Source: Candidatus Cloacimonadota bacterium
Lineage (GTDB): Bacteria; Cloacimonadota; Cloacimonadia; Cloacimonadales; TCS61
Assembly (NCBI GenBank): GCA_021734245.1
Contig: JAIPJH010000004.1
Span: 9,645 to 73,644, forward strand
Direction: 5' to 3'
Length of the DNA stretch: 64,000 bases
Shown: positions 55,601 to 64,000 of the stretch, piece by piece
Layout: each line of letters starts with the position of its first letter
How positions within the stretch are numbered: position 1 is the stretch's first letter
Translations under genes and position numbers: made by a program
The notes under the pieces: generated by a model
Told to the model about the DNA's origin: nothing
Databases searched by the model: none
What the model saw: the letters and a program-made list of their open reading frames with translations, nothing else

Positions 55601-56463
55601 TTGTGAATACTTGTTGGTGAGGTACCCACATTCGGTTCATCAGTATATGCTTCGATTACATCAAATCCTTTTTGAATTTTCCATTCGATAAAAGGTTGAA
55701 GCTGAGTTTCAAACATTGGATCAGAAACAATAACATATTTCACAGGATATTGCGTAATATTATCTCGGTAATTTATAGAGTTACTATTCAACAACGTGCT
55801 GTTAAAGAGATTTTGGAAATAATGGGAATAAGCTTTTTCTCGCAGATAATTTGTAGCTGCAATGTTTGAATTTATAAATTCAACATTCACATCGATATTA
55901 TTGTAAACCCGGATACTACCTCTAACTGGATTGTATTTAACAGGTTCTACAATAACTGCAAAAATTCTAACTCCCCGCATGCTGCCAATCTCTTCCACAG
56001 AAACAAGCGGATCCGAATTATATGAATTTGAATTATAATTTGCAGCTTCATAAATAAATTCAATTTTGCTGGGATCTGCACTTTTGGGAAGAGGTGGTTG
56101 TGCTGGTATGATAGAATTATCTATGCCGAATTCAGCTAAGATATACTCAGTTTCCTCAAAATCTGCAGCTGAAATTCTTACTTCTGCACCAATCGGTACA
56201 GCTATCAATTTTCGAATAATCGGCAATCTTGGTTCTCCAATTCTGGTTGAATACGTTCCTTCTGGTATTGCGATCTGATCAAAATCACCTTCATCCGAAT
56301 TTACTGTAAACGAATTGATTCGGGATAATTTATAATTTAAATTCAATCCAAAATCATCACTTCTCAGAACCTCGACTTTCGTGCCGGAAAATCCAAGTTC
56401 AATTGTACCTGCAAATATAATTGCAAATGACATTAAAAAACAAATCAATAATAACTTCTTCAT
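52690..56463 (-). CDS. Gingipain-like cysteine peptidase (C25 family) with T9SS C-terminal sorting domain, tandem paralog
   Basis: ATG 56463 (GGAGAG RBS, signal peptide MKKLLLICFLMSFAIIFA). FVLFVGDVQQIPAW, GRFSAQT, INYTAHGSSTSW and CLAVGNCCLTNKF. CTD NHPNPFNPTTNISY...KMLLLK. Confidence 0.85.
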   Translation of the reverse strand: MKKLLLICFLMSFAIIFAGTIELGFSGTKVEVLRSDDFGLNLNYKLSRINSFTVNSDEGDFDQIAIPEGTYSTRIGEPRLPIIRKLIAVPIGAEVRISAADFEETEYILAEFGIDNSIIPAQPPLPKSADPSKIEFIYEAANYNSNSYNSDPLVSVEEIGSMRGVRIFAVIVEPVKYNPVRGSIRVYNNIDVNVEFINSNIAATNYLREKAYSHYFQNLFNSTLLNSNSINYRDNITQYPVKYVIVSDPMFETQLQPFIEWKIQKGFDVIEAYTDEPNVGTSPTSIHNYLQGLYDAATPDDPAPSFVLFVGDVQQIPAWSGSTGSHVTDLNYVKLDGPDIVPDMYYGRFSAQTTAQLQPQIDKTLMYEKFDMPDPSYLGEVVMIAGMDSSHGSTWGNGQINYGTENYFNLAHGITSHTYLYPSSGSSSSQIVQNVSDGVGYINYTAHGSSTSWSDPSFTIANINSLQNSGEYCLAVGNCCLTNKFEVGTCFGEAWLRAEDKGAIGYIGGTNSTYWDEDYWWGVGAGTVTANPTYATTGLGVYDGLFHDNGEPFEDWYTTTAGMIYRGNLSVTEGGGMINYYWEIYAIMGDPSLEVYLGVPAENMVSYPDVIFLGLDEIQVSAEPYSYVSLSLDGVIHGTVLVDETGVATLGFDAFTNPGMADIVISRQNKIPVIAQIEVIPSGGPYVVVESFEITDDNNNIPEYNETIGLDMSFENVGTDNATNVTATLSTTDTYVNITGSTTNIGDITTGTIVEILDAFEIEVADDIPDQHIAMFNVEITGSSTWGSTINITFNAPAFDVGPYVIDDNGGNGLLDPGETATVSIPITNAGNALSPDMIAELTNASPDVITLLVDTVNIPAVNIGEEVWADFEVEVADDAQPGTIATLGFAANAGEYNASETLNLPIGLVFEDFETGDFSMFDWQMGTYGWEVTNLNPYEGVYSAKSQTISHNQNAELTLVLDIPADDEISFFRKVSSEDNYDYLRFYINGTLKEEWAGEESWSEVTYAVTAGDDTEFKWSYEKDYSVSSGSDCAWIDYIVFPGIGGTATPIINVNITEIAFGDVNVGETVIEDFTLQNLGTAELTGTILTPDGFTVTLPTRNEENFTIPPNEDITVEIEFAPTQGMLYDGNIEISSNDPNQALIEIPVSGTGVATGTNDLIPLVTELYGNHPNPFNPTTNISYGLNQNSDVKLVIFNTKGQKVKILVNEVQQAGYYNLTWNGKDDNNKQVTSGVYFYELFVGETDYTSVKKMLLLK

Positions 56464-56572
56464 TTTTAACTCTCCTTCCTTAATACTTTTTTTTAATTTT
56501 GAACGCAAAAATGAAACCAAACGCTAAATTATTTATCATAATATTAAGCATATTTTGAACTGTTAAAAATAA

Positions 56573-56600
56573 TTGACAAAAATGCTTCCTTACTAATTTT
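56573..56600 (+). promoter_or_regulatory. Promoter candidate TTGACA-N16-AATTTT
   Basis: TTGACA at 56573-56578, AATTTT at 56595-56600. Upstream of the small ORF and the ruvX-mltG gene string. Confidence 0.4.
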
Positions 56601-56622
56601 AAAGGAAAAATTGGAGGTAACA

Positions 56623-56946
56623 TTGGATAAGAAGCCGTTTCAAAACAACTCAACAAAACCTGCATCTTCTGCATTTATAAAGGGTTTAAGAAGAATTAAT
56701 TCGCTGGGAAAAAGTGCTTTGATCCACATGAAAATACACTCGTTAAAAAGAAGAATCAAAGATGTAAAAGCCCAGATAGGTGATTATGTTTTCAACCACC
56801 AAAGCAAATTCAAAGATGATGAATTCATCTCCGGATTATTCGCAATGATAGAAACTTACAACAACAAGATTTTGAGCCAAAAAACAGCATTAAATTCTAT
56901 TCACCAAGAACTTAATTCACTAAACGACAAGAAGATAGATGAATAA
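56623..56946 (+). CDS. Small hypothetical coiled-coil protein
   Basis: The ORF is open from 56611. With the promoter candidate at 56573-56600 and GGAGG at 56613-56617, the TTG at 56623 is the more plausible start. No recognisable motif. Confidence 0.4.
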   Translation: MDKKPFQNNSTKPASSAFIKGLRRINSLGKSALIHMKIHSLKRRIKDVKAQIGDYVFNHQSKFKDDEFISGLFAMIETYNNKILSQKTALNSIHQELNSLNDKKIDE

Positions 56947-57023
56947 ATGAAAACTGTATACTTTGTTTACACTTTGAAGTCTTGCGTTAATTATTGATAG
57001 TGATAAATAAGGTTTAATCGATT

Positions 57024-57440
57024 GTGGCAATGTTTAGAATTTTAGCGATAGATTATGGAGAAAAAAGGATTGGAATCGCCATCACCGATCCTTTACAAAT
57101 AATTGCCAGACCTTATAAAGTATTAGCCAATGACGGAATAAATGCTTTGAACACTATCGAAGAGATAATCCAAACAGAAAAAGCTGGGAAAGTGATCTTA
57201 GGTTTACCGGTTAATCTGGCAGGAGAAGATACAAAGAAAACCCTGGAAGTGAAAGAGTTTGCTACTAAACTGAAATCTGTAATTTCTGTTCCCCTGGAAT
57301 TCTGGGATGAAAGATACACTACAGATGAAGCAAAGAAAACAATAAAAAAGATGAATATAAACACCAGAGAAGCACGTCAAATCGTAGATAAGATAGCTGC
57401 TTCGGTAATTTTGAAAGATTATCTGGAAAACCACAAGTAA
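57024..57440 (+). CDS. ruvX: Putative pre-16S rRNA nuclease / Holliday junction resolvase-like YqgF
   Basis: ILAIDYGEKRIGIAITD and ERYTT motifs. 138 aa. GTG 57024 or ATG 57030 as start. Confidence 0.88.
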   Translation: MAMFRILAIDYGEKRIGIAITDPLQIIARPYKVLANDGINALNTIEEIIQTEKAGKVILGLPVNLAGEDTKKTLEVKEFATKLKSVISVPLEFWDERYTTDEAKKTIKKMNINTREARQIVDKIAASVILKDYLENHK

Positions 57441-57442
57441 TA

Positions 57443-58441
57443 ATGAAATTACACTTCAAGATTCTTCTTCCTATTCTGCTTATCATTATAATATTAGGTA
57501 GTTATCTCTATTATCTTTTGTATTCTCCCAAACAGATCAAAGAAACGATCATCGAAATCGAAAAAGGTGAACCTGCTCTTTCCATTGCCGATAAACTTTA
57601 CGACAAAAATCTTATCCACAGCCGGGAAGCATTTTATTTATATATAAAATTTACAGGTGCTCAAGGTGACCTGAGTTACGGAAAATATTTGTTCAAAGGC
57701 AACTTGAACATGATCGATATCATCAAACTAATCCAATCCGGGAAAGTACTGTTGCGTAAAATTACCATCCAGGAAGGCCTGCCAGCCTGGAAAACCTGTA
57801 AACTGCTTTCACAAAAAGGATTTGGAGACTATAGAACCTTTATTAAGCTTTATTCAGATTCTACCTTTGCCAAAAAACTGACAGGATTCAATATTCCGAA
57901 TCTGGAAGGATTCTTATATCCTGAAACCTATTTTTTCCCCGAGGAATCCAGTGAAGCATTTATTTTGGAACATTTGGTAAAAGAATTTTTTAATCAAACT
58001 TCCGATCTGGATTTCAAGCCAAATAAATTATTGAATTTTTATGAGACGATCATTTTGGCTTCTATCGTGGAGCGTGAAGCCAGATTAATGCGCGAGAAAC
58101 CCACCATTGCCAGCGTTTACATAAACAGATTGGAAGATAATTACAAACTACAGGCCGATCCGACTGTAGCTTATGTCTTGGAACTGCAAGGTAAAAACCG
58201 CAAAAAAATATATTATAAAGATCTACTGATAGATTCTCCATACAACACGTACAAACATTACGGTTTACCTCCCACGCCGATTTGCAGCCCATCCAGAACT
58301 TCTATTGAAGCAGTTCTCAATCCGGCTGAAACAGATTTCTATTTCTTCTTCGCAGACGGTACTGGCGGACATGAATTCACTAAAACCTATAAACAACATA
58401 TTTTCAGACAAAATCAGATAAAGGCTAATAATGGAAAATAA
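57443..58441 (+). CDS. mltG: Endolytic murein transglycosylase (YceG family)
   Basis: N-terminal TM anchor. GFLYPETYFF, ILASIVEREA and LQADPTVAY motifs. Confidence 0.9.
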   Translation: MKLHFKILLPILLIIIILGSYLYYLLYSPKQIKETIIEIEKGEPALSIADKLYDKNLIHSREAFYLYIKFTGAQGDLSYGKYLFKGNLNMIDIIKLIQSGKVLLRKITIQEGLPAWKTCKLLSQKGFGDYRTFIKLYSDSTFAKKLTGFNIPNLEGFLYPETYFFPEESSEAFILEHLVKEFFNQTSDLDFKPNKLLNFYETIILASIVEREARLMREKPTIASVYINRLEDNYKLQADPTVAYVLELQGKNRKKIYYKDLLIDSPYNTYKHYGLPPTPICSPSRTSIEAVLNPAETDFYFFFADGTGGHEFTKTYKQHIFRQNQIKANNGK

Positions 58442-58461
58442 GGAAAAACATAACATAAACC

Positions 58462-59640
58462 ATGGAAAATAGTCATCTATTATTGCATTTAGCTATCATC
58501 ATATTCTTCTCCAAAATATTAGGAGCGATCTCTCGCAAATTAAAACAGCCACCGGTTATTGGAATGCTGCTTTTGGGAATTCTGCTGGGACCTACTTTTC
58601 TGCATTTCATAGAACCAGATGCAGTGATCAGCTGGATCGCAAAAATCGGTGTACTTTTCCTGCTTTTTGAAGCTGGATTGGAAACTGATTTGAAAAGGAT
58701 AAAACAGGATTCTAAACAGGCAATTTTGCCTGCTTCCGGTGGAATTTTGCTGCCTTTCATATTGGGCGGAGGTTTTACATATCTGCTTTTCCATAATGTT
58801 TCACAAGCTCTCATCGTCGGTGTTATTTTTACTGCTACCAGTGTAAGTGTGAGTGTGATGACGCTGATCGATTTAAAGAAATTGAAAGGTCTGGAAGGAA
58901 GATGTATTGTAAATTCTGCAATTATCGATGACATTGTTGGAATTTTGCTGCTGACAATAATTTTTGGTGTAACTTCGCATACAACCTCCGGAGAAGGAAC
59001 TTTAACTATTTCTGTTGTTAAGATCATCTTTTTCTTTGTGATAGCATTTGCCATGGGAATTTTTGTGCTACAACCGTTTTTTTTGAATTTGAAAAAAATC
59101 AATCTTGATAATGTTGTAATTTCGCTGGCGATAGCTGTGGTCATGTTATATTCCTGGATTGCTGAAATAAGCGGATTAGCAGCAATTACAGGAGCTTATT
59201 TTGCTGGATTATTTTTGGGACAAACCCAACACAAAAATGCTGTGCAGACAGGAATTACAAATATCGGAAAATCATTTTTTGTAGATGTGTTTTTTGTTAA
59301 TATCGGTTTGGAATTCAATCTTTTTGATATTGAAGCAGAACCATTCTTTTTGACCGGTTTTGTTCTTTTGGCTATTTTTGGAAAAATAATCGGAAGCGGA
59401 GTAGGAGCCAAACTTACAAATTTCGATCTGATCAGATCATTTAGAATTGGATCGGGAATGATCCCACGAGGAGAAGTAGCATTAATAGTTGCGAATATGG
59501 CTTTGGAAAAAGGTCTTGTTTCCACCGATATACTTTCCGCAACTATTATGATGGTAATCGTATCAGCTTTGATAACACCTTTTTTGTTGAAAATTGGATT
59601 CACCAAAATGGGCAAAAAAAGTTTTGCAGATAATAATTAA
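58462..59640 (+). CDS. Cation:proton antiporter (CPA2, Kef/NapA-like)
   Basis: 392 aa, polytopic. LKQPPVIGMLLLGILLGP, LLFEAGLETD and ATSVSV motifs. Confidence 0.85.
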   Translation: MENSHLLLHLAIIIFFSKILGAISRKLKQPPVIGMLLLGILLGPTFLHFIEPDAVISWIAKIGVLFLLFEAGLETDLKRIKQDSKQAILPASGGILLPFILGGGFTYLLFHNVSQALIVGVIFTATSVSVSVMTLIDLKKLKGLEGRCIVNSAIIDDIVGILLLTIIFGVTSHTTSGEGTLTISVVKIIFFFVIAFAMGIFVLQPFFLNLKKINLDNVVISLAIAVVMLYSWIAEISGLAAITGAYFAGLFLGQTQHKNAVQTGITNIGKSFFVDVFFVNIGLEFNLFDIEAEPFFLTGFVLLAIFGKIIGSGVGAKLTNFDLIRSFRIGSGMIPRGEVALIVANMALEKGLVSTDILSATIMMVIVSALITPFLLKIGFTKMGKKSFADNN

Positions 59641-59662
59641 TTAATTTTTTTTAGGAGACCTT

Positions 59663-60487
59663 ATGTGGAGAAAAAGCATAAATAAAAATCTTATCATTAT
59701 CAATCCTGATGTAAGTTCCAAAAAAGAACTATTTGAGGAAATGGTCAATCATGTTTATAATCTTGACCTGGTGATGAACAAAAAGAAATTCTTGAATGCG
59801 CTTTTGGAACGTGAAAAAATGGCCAATACAGAATTGATACCGGGAATAGCACTTCCTCATGCCAGAACAAATGCTACAAACAAAATGTTTATTAGTATTG
59901 TCATCCTAAAAAAAGGTTTGGATTATGGCAATCCTGACATGGGGCCGGTGAGAATAATTTTCTTTTTCGGCTGTGATGAAGATCACAACAAAGAATATCT
60001 GCAACTTCTGGCAAAATCTAACCGTATCCTGAAAATGAAAGGTTTCCAGGAAAAACTTCTGCAAAGTAATAAACCTGAAGAAATTATGGAACTCCTCACA
60101 GCTTTTGATGATGAAATTGATGAAAGTGAAGAAGGCAGGAACTACCTGCTATTATTCACATTGAACATTCCTGACAAAACTACAGAAGTTATGAACAGCA
60201 TGGTAGAATTGGGTATTACAAATGCATCGATTGTTGACTCTACTTCAATGGCAAAAACGCTGGCTTATGAAATGCCGATATTTGCTGGCCTCAGCTACAT
60301 GGCTCAGGGAAAATCAAAACGATCCAGCCTGATTTTTGCACATATCGAAAACAGAAATCTGGCCAAAAAACTGGCGAAACTTCTGAAAGAAAACGGCATC
60401 GATCTAACCAAAAAAGGTGTGGGATTTCTTCAAACGATCAAGGTGGAAGATATTATCGGAAACTTCGAAGAAGATATAGATTTATAA
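59663..60487 (+). CDS. PTS EIIA(Ntr/Fru)-type domain protein with an uncharacterised C-terminal domain
   Basis: N-terminal EIIA type-2 features (ELIPGIALPHARTN with the candidate phospho-His). C-terminal ~120 aa unassigned. Lies 22 nt after the antiporter gene. Confidence 0.65.
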   Translation: MWRKSINKNLIIINPDVSSKKELFEEMVNHVYNLDLVMNKKKFLNALLEREKMANTELIPGIALPHARTNATNKMFISIVILKKGLDYGNPDMGPVRIIFFFGCDEDHNKEYLQLLAKSNRILKMKGFQEKLLQSNKPEEIMELLTAFDDEIDESEEGRNYLLLFTLNIPDKTTEVMNSMVELGITNASIVDSTSMAKTLAYEMPIFAGLSYMAQGKSKRSSLIFAHIENRNLAKKLAKLLKENGIDLTKKGVGFLQTIKVEDIIGNFEEDIDL

Positions 60488-60598
60488 AAAAATGAATAAT
60501 CTGATTCTTATTGAATATTGGAGTTGAATAATGATTCATTCAAACATTTTACTTGACGATGATTTTAAAATATTAGTTTTCTTGTCGCAGGAGTCTGA

Positions 60599-61759
60599 AT
60601 GAAAAAGTTATTAATAGTTGTAACATTGATTATCAGCGGAATCCTCTGGTCTGCAGAATACACCGTACAGCTTAGCTGGGACGAGTTTGAAGGCGAATGC
60701 AACGGATTTATGAGTGGACACATCGGCAAAGAACATGCTTTTGTAAGTGGTGGCGGCAGCGACGAAAAACTGGATGGAAAATTGATTTCAGTCGGTGAAG
60801 GAATGTCGATGGATGCCCAGCAGATTTTCAAGATCAACTCCGATGAAGGCTATTTTACTTTCTGGATCAAAGATAAATTCGCAGATGATGATATGAATAA
60901 CGATCCTACTTTGATAGCTCGAGCAAAACCTATGATCTCAATTTATGATGGAAACAATCTTATCGATCTGATAAAAGTACCGGAAGGAAGCGGTCTGGCC
61001 TGTAAAGTTTTTACTCTGGATGCAGATACCGGGGAAGTTGACCGTGAAATTCGTTTCTTTCCAAAATCCAGAATAATTCTGGGAAGAGTTTTAAATGCGG
61101 TAAATGGAGAGCCTCTGGCTGATGCGAAAGTATTAGCAACCGATTATCTGAAAGACAGTAATTATATAACAACCGATGAAACTGGATTTTTTATTTTCCC
61201 AGCCGAAATTGGCGAGTATAAGATAAACGTTTACAAAGAAGGTTTTATTGGAAATACTGCCACGATGCGAATGGGAGCAGATGAAACACCACGGGAAATG
61301 TTCTTCGCACTCTCTCCAGAAATCAAGGAATTCCGAATTGTGGTAACCTGGGGCAGTCGTCCGCGAGATCTTGATGCTCATCTCAGCGGGCCCAATCCCG
61401 ATGGTGGAAACTTCCATATCTGGTACAGGAACAAAATTTTGATAGCAGGTAGAGACTTTTTAGATAAAGATGATACCGATAAATATGGTCCGGAAACTAT
61501 CACAATTTATAAACCAGCTGTTGGTGAATATTATTATTCAGTTTATGATTATTCTAATAGGAAAAAGAAAAGAAGTAAACGACTTTCCCGCAGTAATGCT
61601 GTGGTAAACGTTTATGGCGAAAATAAACTGCTGGCAACTTTTGAAGTTCCCGAAAATGAAAAAGGAAATTGCTGGCACGTATTCAAGATCGATGAAACTC
61701 ATGAGATCATTCCCATAAATACTATTGATTTCGTGAAAGATGAACGTGATATTCAATAG
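60599..61759 (+). CDS. Secreted protein with CarboxypepD_reg-like and YfaP/DUF2135-like domains
   Basis: Signal peptide. GRVLNAVNGEPLADAKV...GEYKINVYKEGF. C-terminal RIVVTWGSRPRDLDAHL...DDTDKYGPETITI resembles the YfaP C-terminal domain. Confidence 0.55.
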   Translation: MKKLLIVVTLIISGILWSAEYTVQLSWDEFEGECNGFMSGHIGKEHAFVSGGGSDEKLDGKLISVGEGMSMDAQQIFKINSDEGYFTFWIKDKFADDDMNNDPTLIARAKPMISIYDGNNLIDLIKVPEGSGLACKVFTLDADTGEVDREIRFFPKSRIILGRVLNAVNGEPLADAKVLATDYLKDSNYITTDETGFFIFPAEIGEYKINVYKEGFIGNTATMRMGADETPREMFFALSPEIKEFRIVVTWGSRPRDLDAHLSGPNPDGGNFHIWYRNKILIAGRDFLDKDDTDKYGPETITIYKPAVGEYYYSVYDYSNRKKKRSKRLSRSNAVVNVYGENKLLATFEVPENEKGNCWHVFKIDETHEIIPINTIDFVKDERDIQ

Positions 61760-61802
61760 AAAATGAAAAGTTTTTAGCAAAAGTAATTAGGAGGAGAAGC
61801 AA

Positions 61803-62336
61803 ATGAAAAGAATTATTGTACTGTTAGTGATCGCTGTATTTGTTTTTGCTGCATGTGGCAAAGGCAACGGCGGTGGACCGAAAAAAGTTTATTATCCCGA
61901 ATGGTGGCAGCAGCAGAATAATGCCGACTATGTTCAAACATACGGCATGGCTACCAAAGTATCCCAGAATTCATCTTACGATGCAGCTTATGCCAATGCT
62001 ATGCTGGCTGCTGCTCAGTATGTGGAAACTTATGTAAAAGGTATGGTAAAGAATTACGAAGAAGAAGCCGGCGTTGAAAATCCACAGGTTTTAGCTCTTA
62101 CCAGTAAAGTGGTAAAAGCTGTTGCCAATGCAAAATTCAATAATGTGATGGTTACCAAACAGGAAACGATCGTTACTGATAATGATCGTTATCAAACCTT
62201 TGTTCGCGTAAGTGTTCCCAAAGAAGCTGTTAACAAAAATCTGATGAATCAGATCAAAAATGAAGAAGCTTTATACAACCAGTTCAAAGCATCTCAAGCT
62301 TTTGATGAGCTGGAAAGCGAAGTAGAAAAATACTGA
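61803..62336 (+). CDS. Small lipoprotein (LPP20-like?)
   Basis: Lipobox FAAC. AGGAGG RBS. 177 aa. The family assignment is a guess. Confidence 0.55.
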   Translation: MKRIIVLLVIAVFVFAACGKGNGGGPKKVYYPEWWQQQNNADYVQTYGMATKVSQNSSYDAAYANAMLAAAQYVETYVKGMVKNYEEEAGVENPQVLALTSKVVKAVANAKFNNVMVTKQETIVTDNDRYQTFVRVSVPKEAVNKNLMNQIKNEEALYNQFKASQAFDELESEVEKY

Positions 62337-62358
62337 TTTAGAGCTTCCATAAAACTTA

Positions 62359-62385
62359 AGCCCGGCAGTTTGTCGGGCTTTTTCT
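62359..62385 (+). terminator. Rho-independent terminator
   Basis: AGCCCG-gcagtttgt-CGGGCT followed by TTTTC. Confidence 0.75.
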
Positions 62386-62542
62386 TTATATAAAAAAGTT
62401 GAGCTAACTTCTGAAAGCATCTTTGTCGCTTAAAATCGAAGGATCGATTTACTCCAAGAAAACACGCGTCTTTTTGTAAGAACTTTCCTTGGCAAATTAC
62501 GTAAGATGGATCGTTTGAACGACGTTCAACTTCGTCGTATAA

Positions 62543-64000
62543 CTATTTCAACATCATTATTTTCTTCGCTGTTTCTTTTCTATTTTGTTGTAGTTTAACA
62601 ATATATTGTCCGCTGGAAACGGATTTTCCCATTTCATCTTTTCCATTCCAATTGCATTCGTAAGTTCCTGGAACGGTTGTGCAATCCAACAGTGTTTTCA
62701 CTTTTTGCCCTTTTATGTTGTAAATTGCCAGTTCTATTTTTCCAGATTCTACCAGTTCCAGTTTGATGGTTGTGGAGGGATTGAAGGGATTGGGATAATT
62801 TGATAAGTTAGTAGTTAGGAGTGAGGAGTTGGGAACTGTTGGTTCTTCGATTCCTGTGCCTTGCCATTCGTAAGCACCTATGTCGATTGTATCTCCGTAA
62901 ATGCGGGGATTTCCTGCCAAATCATATTGAGGAAGCACAACTCCGTAAGGTAAATCCAATGTTCCTGCATCGATACAGGGAGAATACTCGAAAAGGGCAT
63001 AAGGCCACTCATGTCCGGATCCAAGCCAGAGGGGATTGTTACTGAGCATTGTTGTATAATCCCAGTTAATATTATTTGTTCCGCCCATTTGTACTATTCC
63101 ACTTTCTCCACCTTCTATCAGGGAATTTCTTGCATTGAGTGTACAAGGCCCAAATGTTCCATTCAAGCAAATCTCTGAAAATACATCTCCATACAGAATG
63201 GAGTTTACAATATTAGCTTCAGATTGATCTGCGAGCTGGATGGCTGACCCCATATGTAAAGTGGAGTTATCTCCAATAGTGCAATTAACAAGATTTAACT
63301 TGGTTTGCCAATCTATGAGTATTGCCACTTCATTGGGCAGCCATTCAAATGACTCCTCCGAATTGTTGGTTATCTCAGAGTTGATAACATTAACAACTAA
63401 TGAATCCATATTAACAGTTGTTCGATATACTCTAAGTGCTCTGTTAAAACTATCCGAGTCGTTATTAATATACCTATAATTCACCACATTAAATACAGGA
63501 TTATTTTTAGCCGTATATAAATAGATCCCGGGTGTTCCATTTTGTATATCATTTACTTGGATGTTTTCTATATATATATCTGAAAATGAAGCATTTATAG
63601 AATTTCCAGTGTAAGAATATTGATCATCATTTAAAAAATGAATATTTTTAAATTTTGCCTCTGTGTTTTGTGTTATATGAATATAACCCTGATTTTTTGG
63701 ATTAATAAAAGTGAAATTTTCTATTTGATATCTGTACTGAGGATCCATTCCATATAAATGACCACCGTTAAATTCAGTATCCAGAATAGTATTTTCCATT
63801 GATTCACCCACCAAATCCACATAACTTTTAAGATGCAGAGGAAATATCTGATTATTTTGAGATACGGAATATGTTCCATCCGCAATATGAATAGTTTTCT
63901 GCATTGTGCTGTCAGAATGTATTTTTGCCAAAGCATAAGCTATCGTTTGTAAAGGTTCTTCAGCAGATATTCCACTATTATTATCATCTCCTTCCGGTGA
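62543..64000 (-). CDS. Right-handed beta-helix (DUF1565/pectate-lyase-fold-like) protein with T9SS C-terminal sorting domain, 5'-truncated by the window edge
   Basis: The frame stays open to base 64000 (SPEGDDNNSGISAEEPLQTIAYALAK..., a typical DUF1565 N-terminus), so the tracked TTG 63931 is internal. CTD NYPNPFNPSTTIKL...KIMMLK. Confidence 0.75.
   Translation of the reverse strand, partial: SPEGDDNNSGISAEEPLQTIAYALAKIHSDSTMQKTIHIADGTYSVSQNNQIFPLHLKSYVDLVGESMENTILDTEFNGGHLYGMDPQYRYQIENFTFINPKNQGYIHITQNTEAKFKNIHFLNDDQYSYTGNSINASFSDIYIENIQVNDIQNGTPGIYLYTAKNNPVFNVVNYRYINNDSDSFNRALRVYRTTVNMDSLVVNVINSEITNNSEESFEWLPNEVAILIDWQTKLNLVNCTIGDNSTLHMGSAIQLADQSEANIVNSILYGDVFSEICLNGTFGPCTLNARNSLIEGGESGIVQMGGTNNINWDYTTMLSNNPLWLGSGHEWPYALFEYSPCIDAGTLDLPYGVVLPQYDLAGNPRIYGDTIDIGAYEWQGTGIEEPTVPNSSLLTTNLSNYPNPFNPSTTIKLELVESGKIELAIYNIKGQKVKTLLDCTTVPGTYECNWNGKDEMGKSVSSGQYIVKLQQNRKETAKKIMMLK

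Noticed and set aside
1-64000. Numerous 60-220-aa antisense or out-of-frame ORFs in the track (e.g. 466..891-, 3712..4065+, 10869..11414+, 11991..12542+, 18049..18471+, 20173..20613+, 21842..22282+, 22474..23121+, 24351..24857+, 58473..59144-, 59196..59615-)
   Set aside because: Each lies wholly inside a longer, motif-supported gene on the opposite strand or in another frame. Their composition is odd (Ile/Phe/Ser/Cys-rich) and they have no RBS. They are shadow ORFs typical of AT-rich DNA.
1-64000. tRNA, rRNA, tmRNA or RNase P genes; transposases, integrases or prophage genes
   Set aside because: I found no T-arm GTTCGAATC-type boxes, no RNase P GAGGAAAGTCC motif, and no ORF with DDE, tyrosine- or serine-recombinase or phage structural motifs. 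Absence by eye is not proof; tRNAscan-SE, Infernal and ISfinder would settle it.

Overview
AT-rich bacterial chromosomal window under the standard genetic code. Many secreted proteins end in a T9SS/FlgD-type C-terminal sorting domain (NPFNP[ST]T...), so I infer an uncultured FCB-group or Cloacimonadota-like anaerobe; this cannot be verified without a search. Recognisable core genes are hutU, an allantoinase/dihydroorotase-type amidohydrolase, nrdD-nrdG next to nrdJ, a LolE-type permease, lysS, gmhB, an LptD-like OMP, gcvPA/gcvPB, ruvX, mltG and a CPA2 antiporter. There is a four-gene signalling operon and several T9SS cargo genes: two giant C25 gingipain-like peptidases, an S8 protease, EEP hydrolases and a beta-helix protein. 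No tRNA, rRNA, CRISPR array, transposase or integrase was seen. Three things stand out. (1) At 32.4-38.7 kb lies an accessory island that looks more AT-rich by eye and is bracketed and subdivided by a ~100-bp three-hairpin repeat. It encodes an RtcR-type CARF domain fused directly to a Fis HTH with no AAA+ domain, a PD-(D/E)xK-like protein, a translationally coupled 39-aa hydrophobic micro-ORF, an 805-aa atypical histidine-kinase-like protein, and a receiver-domain protein with an uncharacterised, possibly HEPN/DUF4145-like, C-terminus. I read this as a candidate undescribed two-component-type (Detocs-like) defence module. (2) At 0.85-3.06 kb two tandem FadL/PorV-like outer-membrane paralogs each carry a single in-frame TGA at the homologous codon. 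Each TGA is followed at the same distance by a hairpin with a compensatory base change. This suggests selenocysteine or programmed recoding rather than decay. (3) Several structured intergenic repeat families occur, and a promoter-like architecture TTGACA-N17-AATTTG recurs. All product calls rest on motifs read by eye; no database search, GC calculation or folding program was run.
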